DNA of 64,000 bases from Eledone cirrhosa (Eukaryota): NCBI GenBank assembly GCA_964016885.1, contig OZ024740.1:329654001-329718000 (forward strand), read 5' to 3'. The notes beneath the pieces are model-generated. The model saw only the letters and a list, made by a program, of their open reading frames with translations, had not been told where the DNA came from and did no database searches. Of the stretch, positions 41,395-54,987 are shown in pieces. The translations under genes and the position numbers were made by a program. The first letter of the stretch is position 1; every line of letters begins with the position of its first letter.

Positions 41395-44300
41395 TTCGTC
41401 TACAGCGTGATGGTGCCACGCTAAAATCACCGGTGGTTATGTAACCATACATTCACCAATCCTCGATATGTGTGTTTAAATGTCGAACCTAAACAGTTCG
41501 AATAATAGTGAAGAGGAGACTGGAACGTCATGTGATAGACTCTCACCCGGCAAGTGCCCCCTGGCCCAGCAGCAGGGACCTGGCTGTCATCCAAATATTG
41601 CTGGTGTTGGAGGAAGAAGAAGAAGAAGGAAAGGGACAAGAACCAACTGGACGAAAGAATTGAATAGAACTGTTATGCAACGTTACCTGAAGAAACCCCA
41701 AAGAAAAAGGCTATAGGAAACGGATGCATAACATCTGGAACGAGATTGGTCTATTTAAATTAGATGAACAAAAATTGGCTGGGCAGGCTCGGGTAATAAG
41801 AACTAATGGATGGATAAGCGAGTTGGAACTGGAGGAACTGAGCAGAGAGATTAGGTTAGAATGGAGAGTGGAGTATGTCAGGAAAACGAGCCAGTGAGAA
41901 ATGAAGCTAAAGTGGTTGAGAGAACGGAGGAAGCATCCGAAGCAGACAATGATCTGAATGCTGAAATAAATAACATCTGGAACAAAGTTATGGCCATTGA
42001 GGAAATGAATGCTGACGCGAGAGGACAAGATTTTGTTGATATCCTAAACTTAGTTGCAGATAAAATGAACAATGATAGTAGGAAACCTATGAACCTAAGA
42101 TTTGTATACAGGAACAAGTTAAAAGAAACAGCAGCTAATGTAAACAAAGTAATCCCATACCTTGAGGCGAGGAACCTTCACCGGTTCAACAATATCATCA
42201 AAGCAACAGCAAATGCGGTGAGGAAATTAGTTGGCATAAAAACGAGAGGAAACAACAAGCAAGAAAGATCAGAACCTTGGTGGAAGAAACGGCTGAATGG
42301 TCAAATCAAGGAAATGAGAAATGACATTGGAAAGCTTTAGTCTCTAGTGAGTGGGACACTACAAAACATAGACACTAAATATAGACTGGAAATAAAGTAC
42401 AAAATTAAGAGACAAAAGCTAAATATCATCATAGAGGAACTGAAGCAACGCCTAATGTAAAGATTAGGCGGTATGAGAGCAGAGTCAGTCAGTATAGACA
42501 GAACCGCATGTTTGACAACAACCAGAAGATGTTGTTTGGACAGCTTGAAGGGAAAGAAAGACGCAACGACTTGATCCCAGAGGCGGAACAGACTAAGACA
42601 TTCTGGAGCGGAATATTGGAGCAGGATGTTGAACATAATGATCAGGCAGTGTGGATTGAGGCAGTACAAAGGGAGATTAGTGTACAAGCACACCAACAAA
42701 CTGATTTGAGTATAACAGTTGAAACTCTTAAAGAGCAGGGCAAAAAACTAACCAACTGGAAATCACCAGACCCAGATGGTGTGCAGGGGTATTGGATAAA
42801 AAATATAACATCCCTCCACCCGAAACTTACAACCATGTTCAATGATTGCTTGATGTCGGGTGAGGTACCAAAATGGTTGACAAAAGGTACCACAGTTCTG
42901 GTAATGAAAGAACGAATCAAGGGTAATGATGTTACCAAATATATACCGATCACATGTCTGTCCCTAATGTGGAAACTGTTAACAAGCATTGTGTCTGAGT
43001 AAATATACCATCACCTCCACATAAACAACTTGTTACCGGACGAACAGACAGGATGCCGAACAAAAGACCAGTTACTTATTGATAATAGGTATTGAGGAAT
43101 TGCAAGAGGAGAAACACTGGTCTTGCCATGGGATGGATAGATTAAAAAAAGGCATTCGACATGGTACGTCATTCTTCGATAACAAAAACCTAGAGATCTC
43201 CAAGGTGGCAGATAACACCAGACAGTTGTTGATCAAAGGTATGAAGTCCTGGGAAACAGAGTTAACATCGGGTGGAGAATCCTTGGGAGGCGTGAAGATC
43301 AAGAGAGGTATCGTACATGGAGATAGTTTGCCCCCTCTGTTGTTTGTCCTTGCTCTGATACCCCTGACCATTATACTGCGAAAAGTGAAAGCAGGATACA
43401 AGGTGGGAAAACGAGAGCTTACCATCAACAACCTCCTCTTCATGGACGATCTTATACTCTTTGGGAAGAGTGAGAAGGTGTTGGATGTACTGTCCGTATT
43501 TTCAGCATTGATATATGTATGCAATTTGGTATTAATAAGTGCGGAGTCCTAGTGATGAAGCGGGGTAAATTGAGCGGAAGCCATGGAATCCAGGTACCAA
43601 CAGATGAGATGATAAATAAATTGACACTGAAGAAGGATACAAATATTTAGGTGTTCTGGAGGCAGAACAAACAAATGAAGGAATCGATAAGATCTGAGTA
43701 CATTAGGAGAGTAAGGAGCGTATTAAAATCACATCTAAATAGTAGGAATGTCATAAGTGCAGTGAATTCCCGAGATGGTCCATTATTAGGTACAGTGCGG
43801 GAATTCTGAGATGGAATGTTGCTGAACAAAAAGAAATTGATAGGAAGACTAGGAAGCTATTGACTATCTACAACATGTTCCACGAGAGGAGTGATGTCGA
43901 TAGACTCTACTTAACGAGATCTGAAGGTGGAAGAGGTCTTATCAGCATGGAGGACAGTGTTCAGATGGAGTAAAACAACCTGCACAATTACGTGACTGAC
44001 AGTAGGGAGCCAAAGCTCAGAATTGTACTGAAGGAGAGGACAATAGACCAGGGGATGTCCAAGGAGGAAATAACAACAAGGAAGAAGATCAACCTTCATG
44101 ACAAATCCCTTCATAGTAGTACCTTCTTTAAGAAAACTGAATTTAGAGACCCACAGGCAAGGAGGAGGCTAGCCCACTGTGTAGGATCTGTGGAGAGAGA
44201 AAAAAGACTGTGGTTCACGTTGTATTCGAGTGTAAACTCAGACTCACTATAAAGGCTGGTGACATGATGTGATGGGCAGGGTGATCCACTGGTACCTATG

Positions 44301-44797
44301 CAAAGTAAACAATTTACCACATTCTGAGATGTGGTATGAGCATAAGCTTGAGTCTATGATAGAAAACGATCAGGTGAAGGTGCTATGGGAATTTAGGATA
44401 CAGACAGACAAGCAACTGGAACACAAAAGACATGACCTGGTGGTTTTGGACAAGGAAAAAAGATCGGGCCTGATTGTAGATGTAGCCTGATTGTAGAGGG
44501 AGAAAAATTAACCGATACCAGGACTTAAAGTGGGAGGTAAAACGGATTTGGAACTGCCATGAAGGCAGAGTCGTCCCGATTGTCATAGGTGCACTAGGTA
44601 CTATATTAAAGAGTTTCCAAGGATGTTTAAAGAAAATTAGTCCAGCCCCACTTTTTGGAACACTTCATAAGGCATGCTTGTTGGGGACAGCAAGAACCCT
44701 CCGATACGTCCTGAATATCTGAGGCTGCAGACAGCGGCTTGAAAATTCATTTCAACAAATTTTCCAGTTAAATAACATCAATGACTGAGACTCAAAG
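41395..44797 (+). mobile_element. Second, divergent R4/Dong-clade LINE (element B), heavily disrupted
   Basis: RTNWTKELNR, EPWWKKRL, NWKSPDPDGVQGYWIK, GIVHGDSLPPLLFVL, LLFMDDL, KVLWEFRIQTDK..HDLVVL..IVDVA, KACLLGTARTLR; ends in (TAA)n. Confidence 0.92.
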
Positions 44798-44803
44798 AAT
44801 AAC

Positions 44804-44849
<46 letters not shown>

Positions 44850-45089
44850 TTTTCTTTATTAACCACAAGGGTTCACATAAAGTAAACATTAAGGACAGTA
44901 CAGGACAATACAGGACGGTACAAATGGGCATTTCTGCGTGTAAAAAAACAGGTTGAAATAAAATAACAACGAAAAATTCCCCAATAGGGGGGAGACTTCC
45001 AAGGGACATTTGTGGAGAAAGCCCATTAAAAGACCACAGTGGCCCTGACCACCGGGGCAAGTGCCCTCTCCCAGTTTTCCACCTTTAAT

Positions 45090-48000
45090 TTACAGACACA
45101 TACTCAGAGAAGGCCCATTCATTCGGGCCATACTTGCTTCTCTCACCCATCTTTCAACAAAATGCTGGGAAGAGAGCACTTCCCTCTCTACCCTGATTTT
45201 CCTTTTCAAATGAAATTTGAAAAAGTTAATCAGGGCATCACCGAAGAGGTAAGTGCTCGTCTTCAGCCCTTTCAAACGTGTCCACCATAATATCTCTTTC
45301 GCCATGGCCACCAGACAGATAAAAACTGCCTGCCCTTCCAGGCTAAAGGAAGGGGGCGGGGCAATCCTCACGATGGACTCAGCTGATAGCTGGATCCGTC
45401 CTACAAGTGACAGCAGGTGTTCGACATAAACCCACAAGTCAGCAATGCTCGGACACTGGACGAGTGCGTGCAGGACGGTTTCGTCGCCCTGCGCGCATCT
45501 CGGACATGCCCGGCTGACGGCACCTCCATGGCTGTAGAGTTTATCCCGAACTGGCAAAGCTCCTCGGTAGCACTGCCAGGCCAGGGATTTCTGGAAGTTG
45601 TCCATAGGCCCCGGCCCGAAAGTCCTTCCGAAGAGATTGGCTAGTTGATTTTCGTCGACGCCTAGAGTTTCTCCAAGTACGTCGTCGCTCTTCCCCTCCA
45701 CCAATCCCCTATAGAACGCCAAGGTGGAGTTTCCACCGATCACATTGCCCGATTGGTCGAGGGCTGTGAGCGCCTGAAGACATTCCAGTCTCCAAGCGCT
45801 CCCTCTCGGTCTTCGCTTGACCCAGGACTGCAGCTCCGTCAAGGAGACGGGCTGGGGAAAAACGTGTCTTGCAAACGGCGACCACACCTGATCACCGTCG
45901 AGGAAGAGGTGGAGATGTCGTAGCCTGAGCGCGTGTCTGCGCATCATCAGCCACGGCATGCCCAGCCCTCCACATAGCGGGTGTTGATAGCAGATGGACC
46001 GCCTGACCATCGGAGCGCGTCCCTTCCACAGGAAGCGAAAGAGCAAACGCTCCAGCGCAGTCAGGCGGGGCTTAGGACAAGGTACGACGGTCAGGCGGTA
46101 GTAGATGACGGATGCGATGTACGCATTCGCCACCTCCGCTCGACCTTTCAGGGATAGCTTCCTCTCGGCCCATTTCTGGGTGAGAGAAGCCACCCTGCTC
46201 GTCACCTCGTCCCAGTTTTTGTCCGTCTGGAGGTCTGGACCGAACCAGACCCCTAGTAATTTAACCGGTCCGTCCGTCCAGCGCCCGACGACGCTGTTGG
46301 ACGGCATGGACCTGCCTCTCCAGGTGCCGAGCTGCAGGCCCACTGACTTTTCCTGGTTGATCATTGCTCCTGTCACCGCTTCGTATTCACTTAGTGTAGT
46401 GCCGATCGCCTCGATGTGTTTGGCGTTCGACACCACTACGGTGACATCGTCGGCATATGCTGACACGGATCTTCCGCATCCTAGTTCGCGCGGGTCCCCC
46501 CTCAACGTCTCCAGTTTGTGCAGTAATGGCTCGAGAGTCAATACGTACAATAGGGACGAGAGGGGACATCCTTGGCGGACCGAGCGCATGATGTTGAACG
46601 GTTCCGAAAGGTGACCGTTCACTCTCACTACAGAGCAGATGTCGCTGTGCATGGCAGCGATCCAGCCTCTGAAGACGGGCCCAAAGCCAGCCGCCCTCAG
46701 GACTGCTGCTAGGTAACGATGGTCGACCCTATCGAAAGCTTTCGACTGATCTAAATTTATCGAAGACCCACCCGTGCCAAGTTCCCTAGTTACCCTCTCT
46801 ACGATTTATCGCATGAGTTGGAGTTTGTCGTGGATGGATCTGTCGGGAATGGCGCATGTCTGCACCTCTTCCACCAGACCACCAACCACAAGCGCCAACC
46901 TCTTTGCTAGCACCTTGGCCAAAATGTTGAGCTCTGTGTTTAGCAGAATTATGAGCCTAAAATTATCTATGTTATCCCCCTTGTTCGGATCCTTTCTCAG
47001 CAGCGCCACCGCTCCACGGTTCACAGAGCTGGGAATTCTCCCGTTCTGTTGCCAGTTGCAGTAGACGTTCGCCAAGAGGCCTCCGAAAAGTCTGGCATTT
47101 GTACGTAAAGTTCATAGGGCTGACCATCCAAACCAGGTGATTAACCCCTTGTCCAGCCAGTCATTGCCTCCCGTACTTCAGCGGCTGTTATCGGCTTTTC
47201 GCAACACTTCGCCTCAGTGGCCGAGAGCCGCGGCAGTCCGTCGAGGTAGACACTAATGTCCATCCCTCGATACGGCCCGCCAGTGCCCCCGAACAGTTGA
47301 GCGAAGTGTCGCTGAAAAGCTTCATACATTTGCCCGGGATCGAGTAGCATGCGTCCGTCGTGGTCCACCAAAGACCGGATCGTGGCTTTGTTTCCACGAC
47401 GCGCCTCCGCCATTCGGGCCCATTGAACGGCTTTCGTCCCCTCGTGTCTGAGAGCACGCACCCTAGCTCTGACAACGCAGCCTTCGTGCTTTGTATTGAA
47501 GAATTGGTCAAGGGCCAATTTCGCCGCAAGTACGTCGGTCGCGATGCCTTTACAGAGCGTCTCGTCTAATTTTCTAACTAATTCTCCCTCTGCTCTATTT
47601 TTCTCTATTGCTAAAGCCTTACTAAACCTAATGGACTCTATTCTAATTGCTCTTTTCAGAGCAAGCCACCACTTGTTGTTGACGATGGCCCCCGTCAACG
47701 CCCGCTTAATTAGTTCGCTAATCCGGTCTCTGTAGGCCTTGCGCGCTGGTAAGGACGCGTTTAGCTTCCAGTAGCCGGGTCCTCGTCTATGAAGCCTATC
47801 TAAGTCAAGCACACAGATCACGAATTTGTGGTCCGTGTAGATGAATATCTTGAATTGTGGACAGCTTATGCTAGACCTATCTATTTCCCTACAAAATACT
47901 CTATCTAGATATGATCTGGATGACCCTATGCGATTTGTCCAAGTCCACATTGGTACATTCGGGAAATCCAATCGGTACCTGTCAGACAGTTCAAAACGCC

Positions 48001-48507
48001 TCAGCAGGCTGGTGAGACACTTGCACCCTGCTCCCTTATCCACTAATCCCACACAATCCCAGCGTTCATCTAAGATCCTGTTCCAGTCGCCCACTAACAC
48101 AAAAGAGCGGAACGTTCCAAGAAAGGTCTCCAGACGCCGGAAGAAATCAGGCCGCCCTGCTCTTGTCGGAGCACAGACAGCCACTAAACTGAAAGCTTGC
48201 TCGTCTCCGCTTGTCAGCTCCAGCACCACCAGCTTACCTTCTGGGTCCAGGAAGATGGCCCGTATGGCAAGATCCAAACCTCTCCGAAAAAGCACAGCAA
48301 CTCCTCCCCCGATAGCGGACGGCTGGGAGATGCGTACACATCGTAGCCGCCGAATATCGGTGCGTAGGCCCGTGCTTCGGAGATTCTGGTCTCGCTGATG
48401 GCCACTACATCTATGTTTAGTGACGTGAGGTCGTTGAGCAGGTGGCCCTGCTTCCATGACGACCCCAAGCCACGCGCATTTATGCTGCCTATTCTGAGTG
48501 AGGTCAT
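45090..48507 (-). pseudogene. Tx1/L1 ORF2 (APE endonuclease + RT), frameshifted
   Basis: SINARGL, ISET, GGVAVL, LVGDWN, SYLDRVF, TDHK, GPGYWKLN, NFRLIILLN, VRQGCPLS, AYADD, CPRC..ETVLHALVQC. Confidence 0.93.
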
Positions 48508-48542
48508 GTTGAAAAGGAGTGGAAAAAGATGGGAAAGACCAC

Positions 48543-50600
48543 TTACCCTACTTCTCGTAGAGGAAAGACGGTTTTTCCATCCTTTTCACTGCTTGTGGCC
48601 TCCTCAGGAAGGATGACCTTATAAATCCTCCTGGAGAGTGCTTGTCGGAAGTTTCCGATGTCTTTGGGGAATGTTTGTTTTAGTGTCATGTACGTTTTCT
48701 GCGTGATGCGAGTGATTTGTATGTGTGGAGGTGGTGTGAACTTTTGGGTTGTTGTGTAGTCTTTTTCAGTGATGCTGGCATTGTGTTGGATGTAGTGTAA
48801 TAATTGATTGTTGTTCAAATTTAATTGTTTCTACTTTAGGCACAAGGCCAGCAAATACTCAGTGCATTACTGGTACTTTATTTTATGTTCAAATTTAATG
48901 CTGTGTAGTGTGTATCGTTATGATTGTTTTGTTTTGTTTGCGTTTGTTGTGGGTTTGTTTCTGTTTCGCATTTTGGTGACTTTTGTGGTGTAGGTGATGG
49001 TGGTGTTGGGGTTAATGATGGTGATGGTGTTGGTGTTTGGGGTGATGAGGTTGGTGATGCTGGTGTGGATGGTGGCATATCTGTCCTAACTTTTTTGTCT
49101 GTTAATTTAATTGTTTCCCTCTGTATTTTGTTTTTGGAGGGGGAAGGAAGAGAATTTTTTCATTTTTGGTTTCTTTTTTTTTTCCTGATAACGTTTTCCC
49201 ACTCCTCGTGGTCACAATCTGTCTCCAGTTGTGATAGGCCGGGGAGTGGAAAATCCTCCACAGGCGTTAGTTTTGGTTGTGGCGTGGTGGATGGTGTAGC
49301 CGCTGGTGCTAGTTCTGAAGAGTTGCGTGGTGGTGGTGTTAGTTTTGCTGGTGGTGGTGGTGTTGGTTTTGCTACTGTTGCTGGGTTTGTTGCTGTTATA
49401 GTTGCTTCTGTTGTTGCTGCTACAGTTGTTGCTGTCATCTCTGCTACTGGTGGTGTTGATGGTTGAGTCACTGGGGTGTGTAGGAGAGGTGGCCTCAACC
49501 TTTTAGCCTGAGGGCAGAAAGCCCTTAGGTGGGTTCCTTCACCACAAACGACACACCTAGGTCTTCTACCCTCGACAATTACGGTGAGGTGGCTGGCGTC
49601 AGTGAGGTCTATTACCTCTGGGATCTCAATGCTTTTTTGGTCGGCTTGGATCAGGAGCTCCATCCCAGATCCGGACCAGTTCTCCTGCTTTTCTTTTGCT
49701 ATTGCTAATATCTTTGTGTTGGCTTCGATGCCGGCGAGGACGGCCGCTATTTGCCAGGGTATTTCGATGGCCTGTGGAACGTGGGTTATCCTGATCTTTA
49801 CGAGTCTCTGGCCACAATAGCTTGGGACGAGTGTGAAGTCGTCACTTCTTAATGGGGACATGGAGTGTTCTCTAGCCTCCTCTGGTGTTTCAAAAAACAC
49901 GTCCACGGTTCCATACTTCTGCTCACGTCGGATGTGGTTTTTTCTTGCCCACACATGCCCCAAAGCTTTTTGGATTTGGGACTCGGATGCCCGTTCCACT
50001 CGGCGCGATTTTACATTAATTGTTCGATAATACACGGTGCATAGGCGCCGATGCTCCATTTTATTAGGTGGAGGGTGTGAGGCTGACCCTGTACCCATCT
50101 TTCTTTACCATCTTTTTGGCTTTTTCTAAATCCTCCTGAGTTACCGCAAATGCTTCGCACTTTTTTGCTACTCTGGCAAAACTCAGGGTGGTTTTTTGAA
50201 TGTCATTGTTGCTGTTGTTGTTATCGTTATTTTTGTTATTATTAATTTTAGTTTCAGTTGTGGTGGTGGTGACGTCAGTAGTGTTGGGTGTGGATGAGTC
50301 CATTTTGGTTGAAAACATTTCGATATCACGAGTTGATTTATTTTTTCCTTTTGTTTCTGTTGTCGCGGTGGTGGTGGGGGTGGTGGTTGTCGCGGTGGTG
50401 GTAGTGGCAGCTTTAACACCTGCAGTCATTGGTAATGGCGGGAAATGAATGTCTGCCTGAGACAAATTTAAAATATTGCTATTGCTTATATTTTTTTTAG
50501 TGTTGGCAAACGTAGTAACATTTACAATGGTGGTGTCGGTGTGAGGAGTTAATTTATGAGGAAGGCTCTCAGCTGCTTGGTGCAGAGGTGAATTAGCCAT
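48543..50600 (-). pseudogene. Tx1/L1 ORF1 (gag-like), disrupted
   Basis: ORFs 50064-50600, 49160-50098, 48878-49078 and 48543-48818 join through one frameshift (~50090), one in-frame TGA (49160-49162) and a SINE insertion; contains CVVCGEGTHLRAFC. Confidence 0.85.
48826..48885 (-). mobile_element. 60-bp Nin-SINE 3' fragment with 14-bp target-site duplication, inside Tx1 ORF1
   Basis: tgttcaaatttaat at 48812-48825 and 48886-48899. Confidence 0.9.
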
Positions 50601-50810
50601 TTTTCATTCAAAGAAATTTTTTGATAATCATAAAAGTTTAAATTTTGGGCACAAGGCCCCAATCGTTTTGGGTGTCCTTTTCGGAAAACAATGTATGTGC
50701 ACTTTTATATAGTTAACAATAAAACATTTCCATAAATAGGCAATTTTTAACAAACGGAAATAACAAACCTTTGCGGAGCTCACGATGATACGATTTACTA
50801 CGTAGGCGCC

Positions 50811-50840
<30 letters not shown>

Positions 50841-50843
<3 letters not shown>

Positions 50844-50936
50844 TGTTTCTACTTTTGGCACAAGGCCAGCAATTAACCAGTGCATTACTGGTACTTTATG
50901 TTATCGACCCCGTAAGAATGAAAGGCAAAGTAAACC

Positions 50937-50938
<2 letters not shown>
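50841..50938 (-). mobile_element. Nin-domain SINE, 5'-truncated, flanked by (TAA)n
   Basis: Same family as 40385-40478. Confidence 0.88.
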
Positions 50939-51000
<62 letters not shown>

Positions 51001-51256
51001 GGATTTAGAACTGCCATGAAATCAAGGTTGTCCCGATTGTCATAGTCGCACTAGGTATTATCTGAAAGGGTTTCCAAGGATGGTTAAACAAGATTACTCC
51101 AGCCCCGCGTTTTGGAACACTTCATATGGCATGCTTGCTGGGAACAGCAATAATCCTCCGATACGTCCTGAATATCTGAGGCTGCAGGTATCGGCTTGAT
51201 ATTCATTTCAACAAACTTTCCAGTTAAATAACCTCAATGACTGAGACTCAAAGAAC

Positions 51257-51257
<1 letters not shown>
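51001..51257 (+). mobile_element. 5'-truncated copy of the Dong B family within (TAA)n
   Basis: Closely similar to 44544-44797; (TAA)n on both sides. Confidence 0.9.
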
Positions 51258-51301
<44 letters not shown>

Positions 51302-52297
51302 TCTGCCATTACCACTAACATTATCAGTACTACATTTATCTCTTTTCCCATTTATAATCCTAAAGGACCACCCCTTTGTCCACCACGAACCACTAAGGTT
51401 GACATAACTAGACATTAACATTCCCCAAAAATTTACCGTAGCATTCTTCCCATTCTGTCAATTTCTCTAGATCTCAGCTTAATGACCTTAAACAAATCTC
51501 ATATACAGTGCATTACATAAAAGGAAGTAAGTGTGCATCAGAGATAGAAATATTTACACACAACTGACACTCGAAAATCTCAGCTACACGTCACTATAGA
51601 GATATTGGTATGGAAATTTAACCTAGCAAGCTAGAAATCACAGTTAGCATCAGTTGGATAAATAACTGTAGTCGGAAAAATTACTTCCAAATAGAATTTA
51701 ACACATCTTTGGAAATAGCACACTTTATGTTGAAATGAGACCGTCAAAATATTTGGTAATTAACCAATGTTGACGATGACATAAACGTAGAATTTGAGAA
51801 CCCTTCATGATAACAGCGGATACGATTCCTTAATCGACCTCACAAATAGAATCGGAGGAAAGGGTTCCTTATGCAGCATAGTTTATAAAGTGAGATATAT
51901 TTGTCTACCACGATTCAACCCTAAACAAACGAGATTTTCTGAATATGCGAATGAGAAAAAATACCAGCATGATGGACTTCCAAATTGGCCTCACTGGAAA
52001 ACACTTCTGCTAACCTACACGTTATCTGCAGGTATGGGTTGAATAAGTATGGTGTTGATTTCTTATATATATATATATATAAAATATAATATAATAAACT
52101 GAGACAAAGAGGGTTCTAGGATTTTGTTCACCCAGGCGGTTTACGTCCCTTGTTATTTGAACGCATATATGTATATATCTGTGTTTCTCTCTCTGTATTA
52201 TATTATATTATGATGCTCGGAAAATGTTTTACTTGTGTTATTTTAATTGTGAGTTGACTGAACATATACTTTTGATATATATATATATATATATATA

Positions 52298-52816
52298 TAC
52301 GATATTAAACAAATGGAAACTATATTTATAAAACCATATTTATTTCGTTATATATATTTCTGGGATATCATATTAAAAATATGTTATGCCTTCCTCAGAC
52401 AAAATACAATACATAAGTTGTTTTATAAATAATTATAATTACATACATCTCTTCATCCTCTTCTTTTTTATTTACATACATCTCTTCATCTTCTTCTTCT
52501 CATCTTCGTTTTTCTTTCTATATAACTATCATAACAGTTTCACTACCAAATCAAATTTTTAAAAGGAAGTTGCATTATTACAAGGTATGTCACTAATTAT
52601 TTATAAAACAGCTTATGTATTGTATTTTGTCTGAGGAAGGCATAACATATTTTTAATATGATATCCCAGAAATATATAAAACGAAATAAATATGGTTTTA
52701 TAAATATAGTTTCCATTTGTTTAATATCGTAAACCTACTCCAGAAACTGTTGAGTGCTTTTATATCAGTTATAAAATATTTACTCGTTGCAACCCAACAA
52801 TCTTAAATAAAACTTT

Positions 52817-52820
<4 letters not shown>
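52298..52820 (+). mobile_element. Foldback element (family D): 138-bp inverted arms with HHR plus ~88-nt tail, in (TA)n
   Basis: 52298-52435 is the reverse complement of 52594-52731. Confidence 0.85.
52342..52405 (-). ncRNA. Minimal type I HHR (family D); the plus-strand twin at 52624-52687 has U16.1>A
   Basis: Minus: attttgt-CTGAGGA-aggcataacatatt ttt aatatgatatccca-GAAA-tatata-TA-acgaaat; 7-bp stem I. Confidence 0.72.
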
Positions 52821-52895
<75 letters not shown>

Positions 52896-52989
52896 TTGCG
52901 TGTGTGTGCGCGTGTGTGTGTACGTGTGTGTGCGTGTGTATGCTTGTGCGTGTGCGTGTGTGTATGTGTGTGTCTGTGTGTGTGTGTGT

Positions 52990-53038
<49 letters not shown>

Positions 53039-53039
53039 A

Positions 53040-53377
53040 TAATACCGAAAAGTGTCGCTTACAGAGAGCTGCTACTTCTGAGAATCGAGATTAGGGATAT
53101 ATTGTCTGCATAACTCACGAAAGATCGCAGATTTTTCGGGTAAAACCAATCGACAGAAGACCAAGTGATGAACTCTGGACAATATGGTTTGATAACATCA
53201 ATAAGTACGGCTGGTTTCGCTCGGCGATTCCACACGATAACTTGCAGGCGGTTGCTTCTGACAAAAACCGTTGGAAAACATGTTCGAGGATTCTACCCCC
53301 ATGAAGAAGAAGAAGAAGAAGAAGAAGAAGAAGAAGAAGAAGAAGAAGAAGAAGAAGAAGAAGAAGAAGAAGAAGAT
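53040..53377 (+). mobile_element. RTE-group LINE 3' end with (GAA)n tail
   Basis: KPIDRRPSDELWTIWFDNINKYGW..LQAVASDKNRWKTCSRILPP* followed by (GAA)n at 53303-53377. Confidence 0.7.
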
Positions 53378-53569
53378 AAGGTCCGTGTAAAGAAATCAAA
53401 GAGAAGGAATTGTATTTATATACTTCAATCGTTTAGGTATTGTCGATCAGCAGCTAATGTAGTAGAGAATGAACGCAGTAGACGAAATTAAAAAAATGTT
53501 TGAGACCGAAGATTTGCTTTTACTATTATACATCTTCCTGGGGTGGGGGATCGGCAGTATCGGTGGATG

Positions 53570-53760
53570 GTCGGGTGCTATGCTTTGCAGAGACTTACAG
53601 ACATTTATGATCTGAGTTTAAATCCTGCCGAGGTTAACTTTGCCTTTCATCCTTAAAGGGTCGATAACATAAAGTACCAGTGGCGCACTGTGGTCGATTT
53701 AATTGACTTTCTCCTCCCCCACAATTGCTGGCCTTGTGCCTATATAAGAAACCATTATTA
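53570..53760 (+). mobile_element. Nin-domain tRNA-derived SINE
   Basis: B-box-like gagtttaaatcc, Nin core gcctttcatcctt..gggtcgataa..agtaccag, tail ggccttgtgcc..agaaaccattatta. Confidence 0.85.
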
Positions 53761-54987
53761 TACAACTTCCTCAATGAATCAATGTGGGAACCTCTACTCA
53801 GTCCTATAACTTTTCTTATGTAATATACTATTTCTTTCCTATCGTTTACCAATGTTTTCGATAGGGTAAAATCACATTAGATGAGTCCTTGCATATTCAT
53901 ATAAAGACACGATGGATACAGTTGGAATGCATTTCACACGAACTAGCACCTTGGAAAATAGTATCCCAACATTTGTAAAACTTCTCTTGCATTTCTAATT
54001 AAGTAATAAATTCTGCAAAATACGAATAATCTGCAATTTCAGCACCACAATGTCGACCAGTAATCATTCAATGTTATTGTGATATTGCTATTCGTATCAA
54101 TAGCTGTAGAGTAGGACTCTAGTGCTTCTAGTACATTCCCCAGAACAGGTTTTCAACCTTTTCCATAACAATTGCAGTGGTCGATACAGTCAATAGACCT
54201 GCAGAGAAGATGAATTGCAGTATTTAATTATGTCCTTTCATGATAAGTTTAATTTCTAATAGATTTATCTCCACTACTTTGAGTCAGATACAATATATCA
54301 AATTTATTTTAATTTACCTGTGAATAAACAAATGTTTAAAAGACTGTGTTGATATACAAACCTATGTATATATATATGTGCATATGTTGTTAGGTATTTG
54401 TGTATGGCTTTCGATTTTACTTAAGTATACTTTCCACATGAGGTAGGTGATTGCCTGTAATGAAGAACAGAATAGCAATCCATGCAATTAAGATAACAAA
54501 ACTTGATAACTGAAGTATGCGCAACATTATTGCTGATAGGTTAAATTTCTAAAGTGCCTGTTTTCTTGTCAACTCATTTGTCAGAAAATTTAAGCTTGTC
54601 AAATGTACCACTTAAGAAATTAACAGAGGCTATTTCACCAATAATTAACTATGTAAATGTGGGTGAACTTATAATGCACTTATAGACGCTGTAGATTTGA
54701 AATCACTTTCAATCTAATGGATGATCACATCTGCAATGCAGCTTATATCAAGGCTTTTACATGTTTAACGATATGATCAAGTGATGACAATACTCGAAAT
54801 CGAGATATGGAGGCAATGACAGTGGGAGTTCGGCTCTTCTGTGGTTGTGTTCATTAAGCAGTTAATGAGCCTTACTACAATATATTGCATACAATACACT
54901 AGTCAGTCATATGTTCATAAATTACTCCAGGTATCTTTCTCTTTTTTCTTTCTTTAAGTTTATATATATATATATATATATTCCTTT

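Larger units (their letters stand above)
44849..50810 (-). mobile_element. Full-length (~5.96 kb) Tx1/L1-type LINE flanked by (TAA)n on both sides
   Basis: 5' end ggcgcctacgtag, ORF1 with CCHC knuckle, ORF2 APE+RT+C-terminal zinc motif, 3'UTR with AATAAA running into (ATT)n. Confidence 0.93.

Noticed and set aside
54090-54215. Possible minus-strand host exon after ttcatcttctctgcag
   Set aside because: Only a short frame (LLTVSTTAIVMEKVENLFWGMY*), no recognisable homology and no partner exons.
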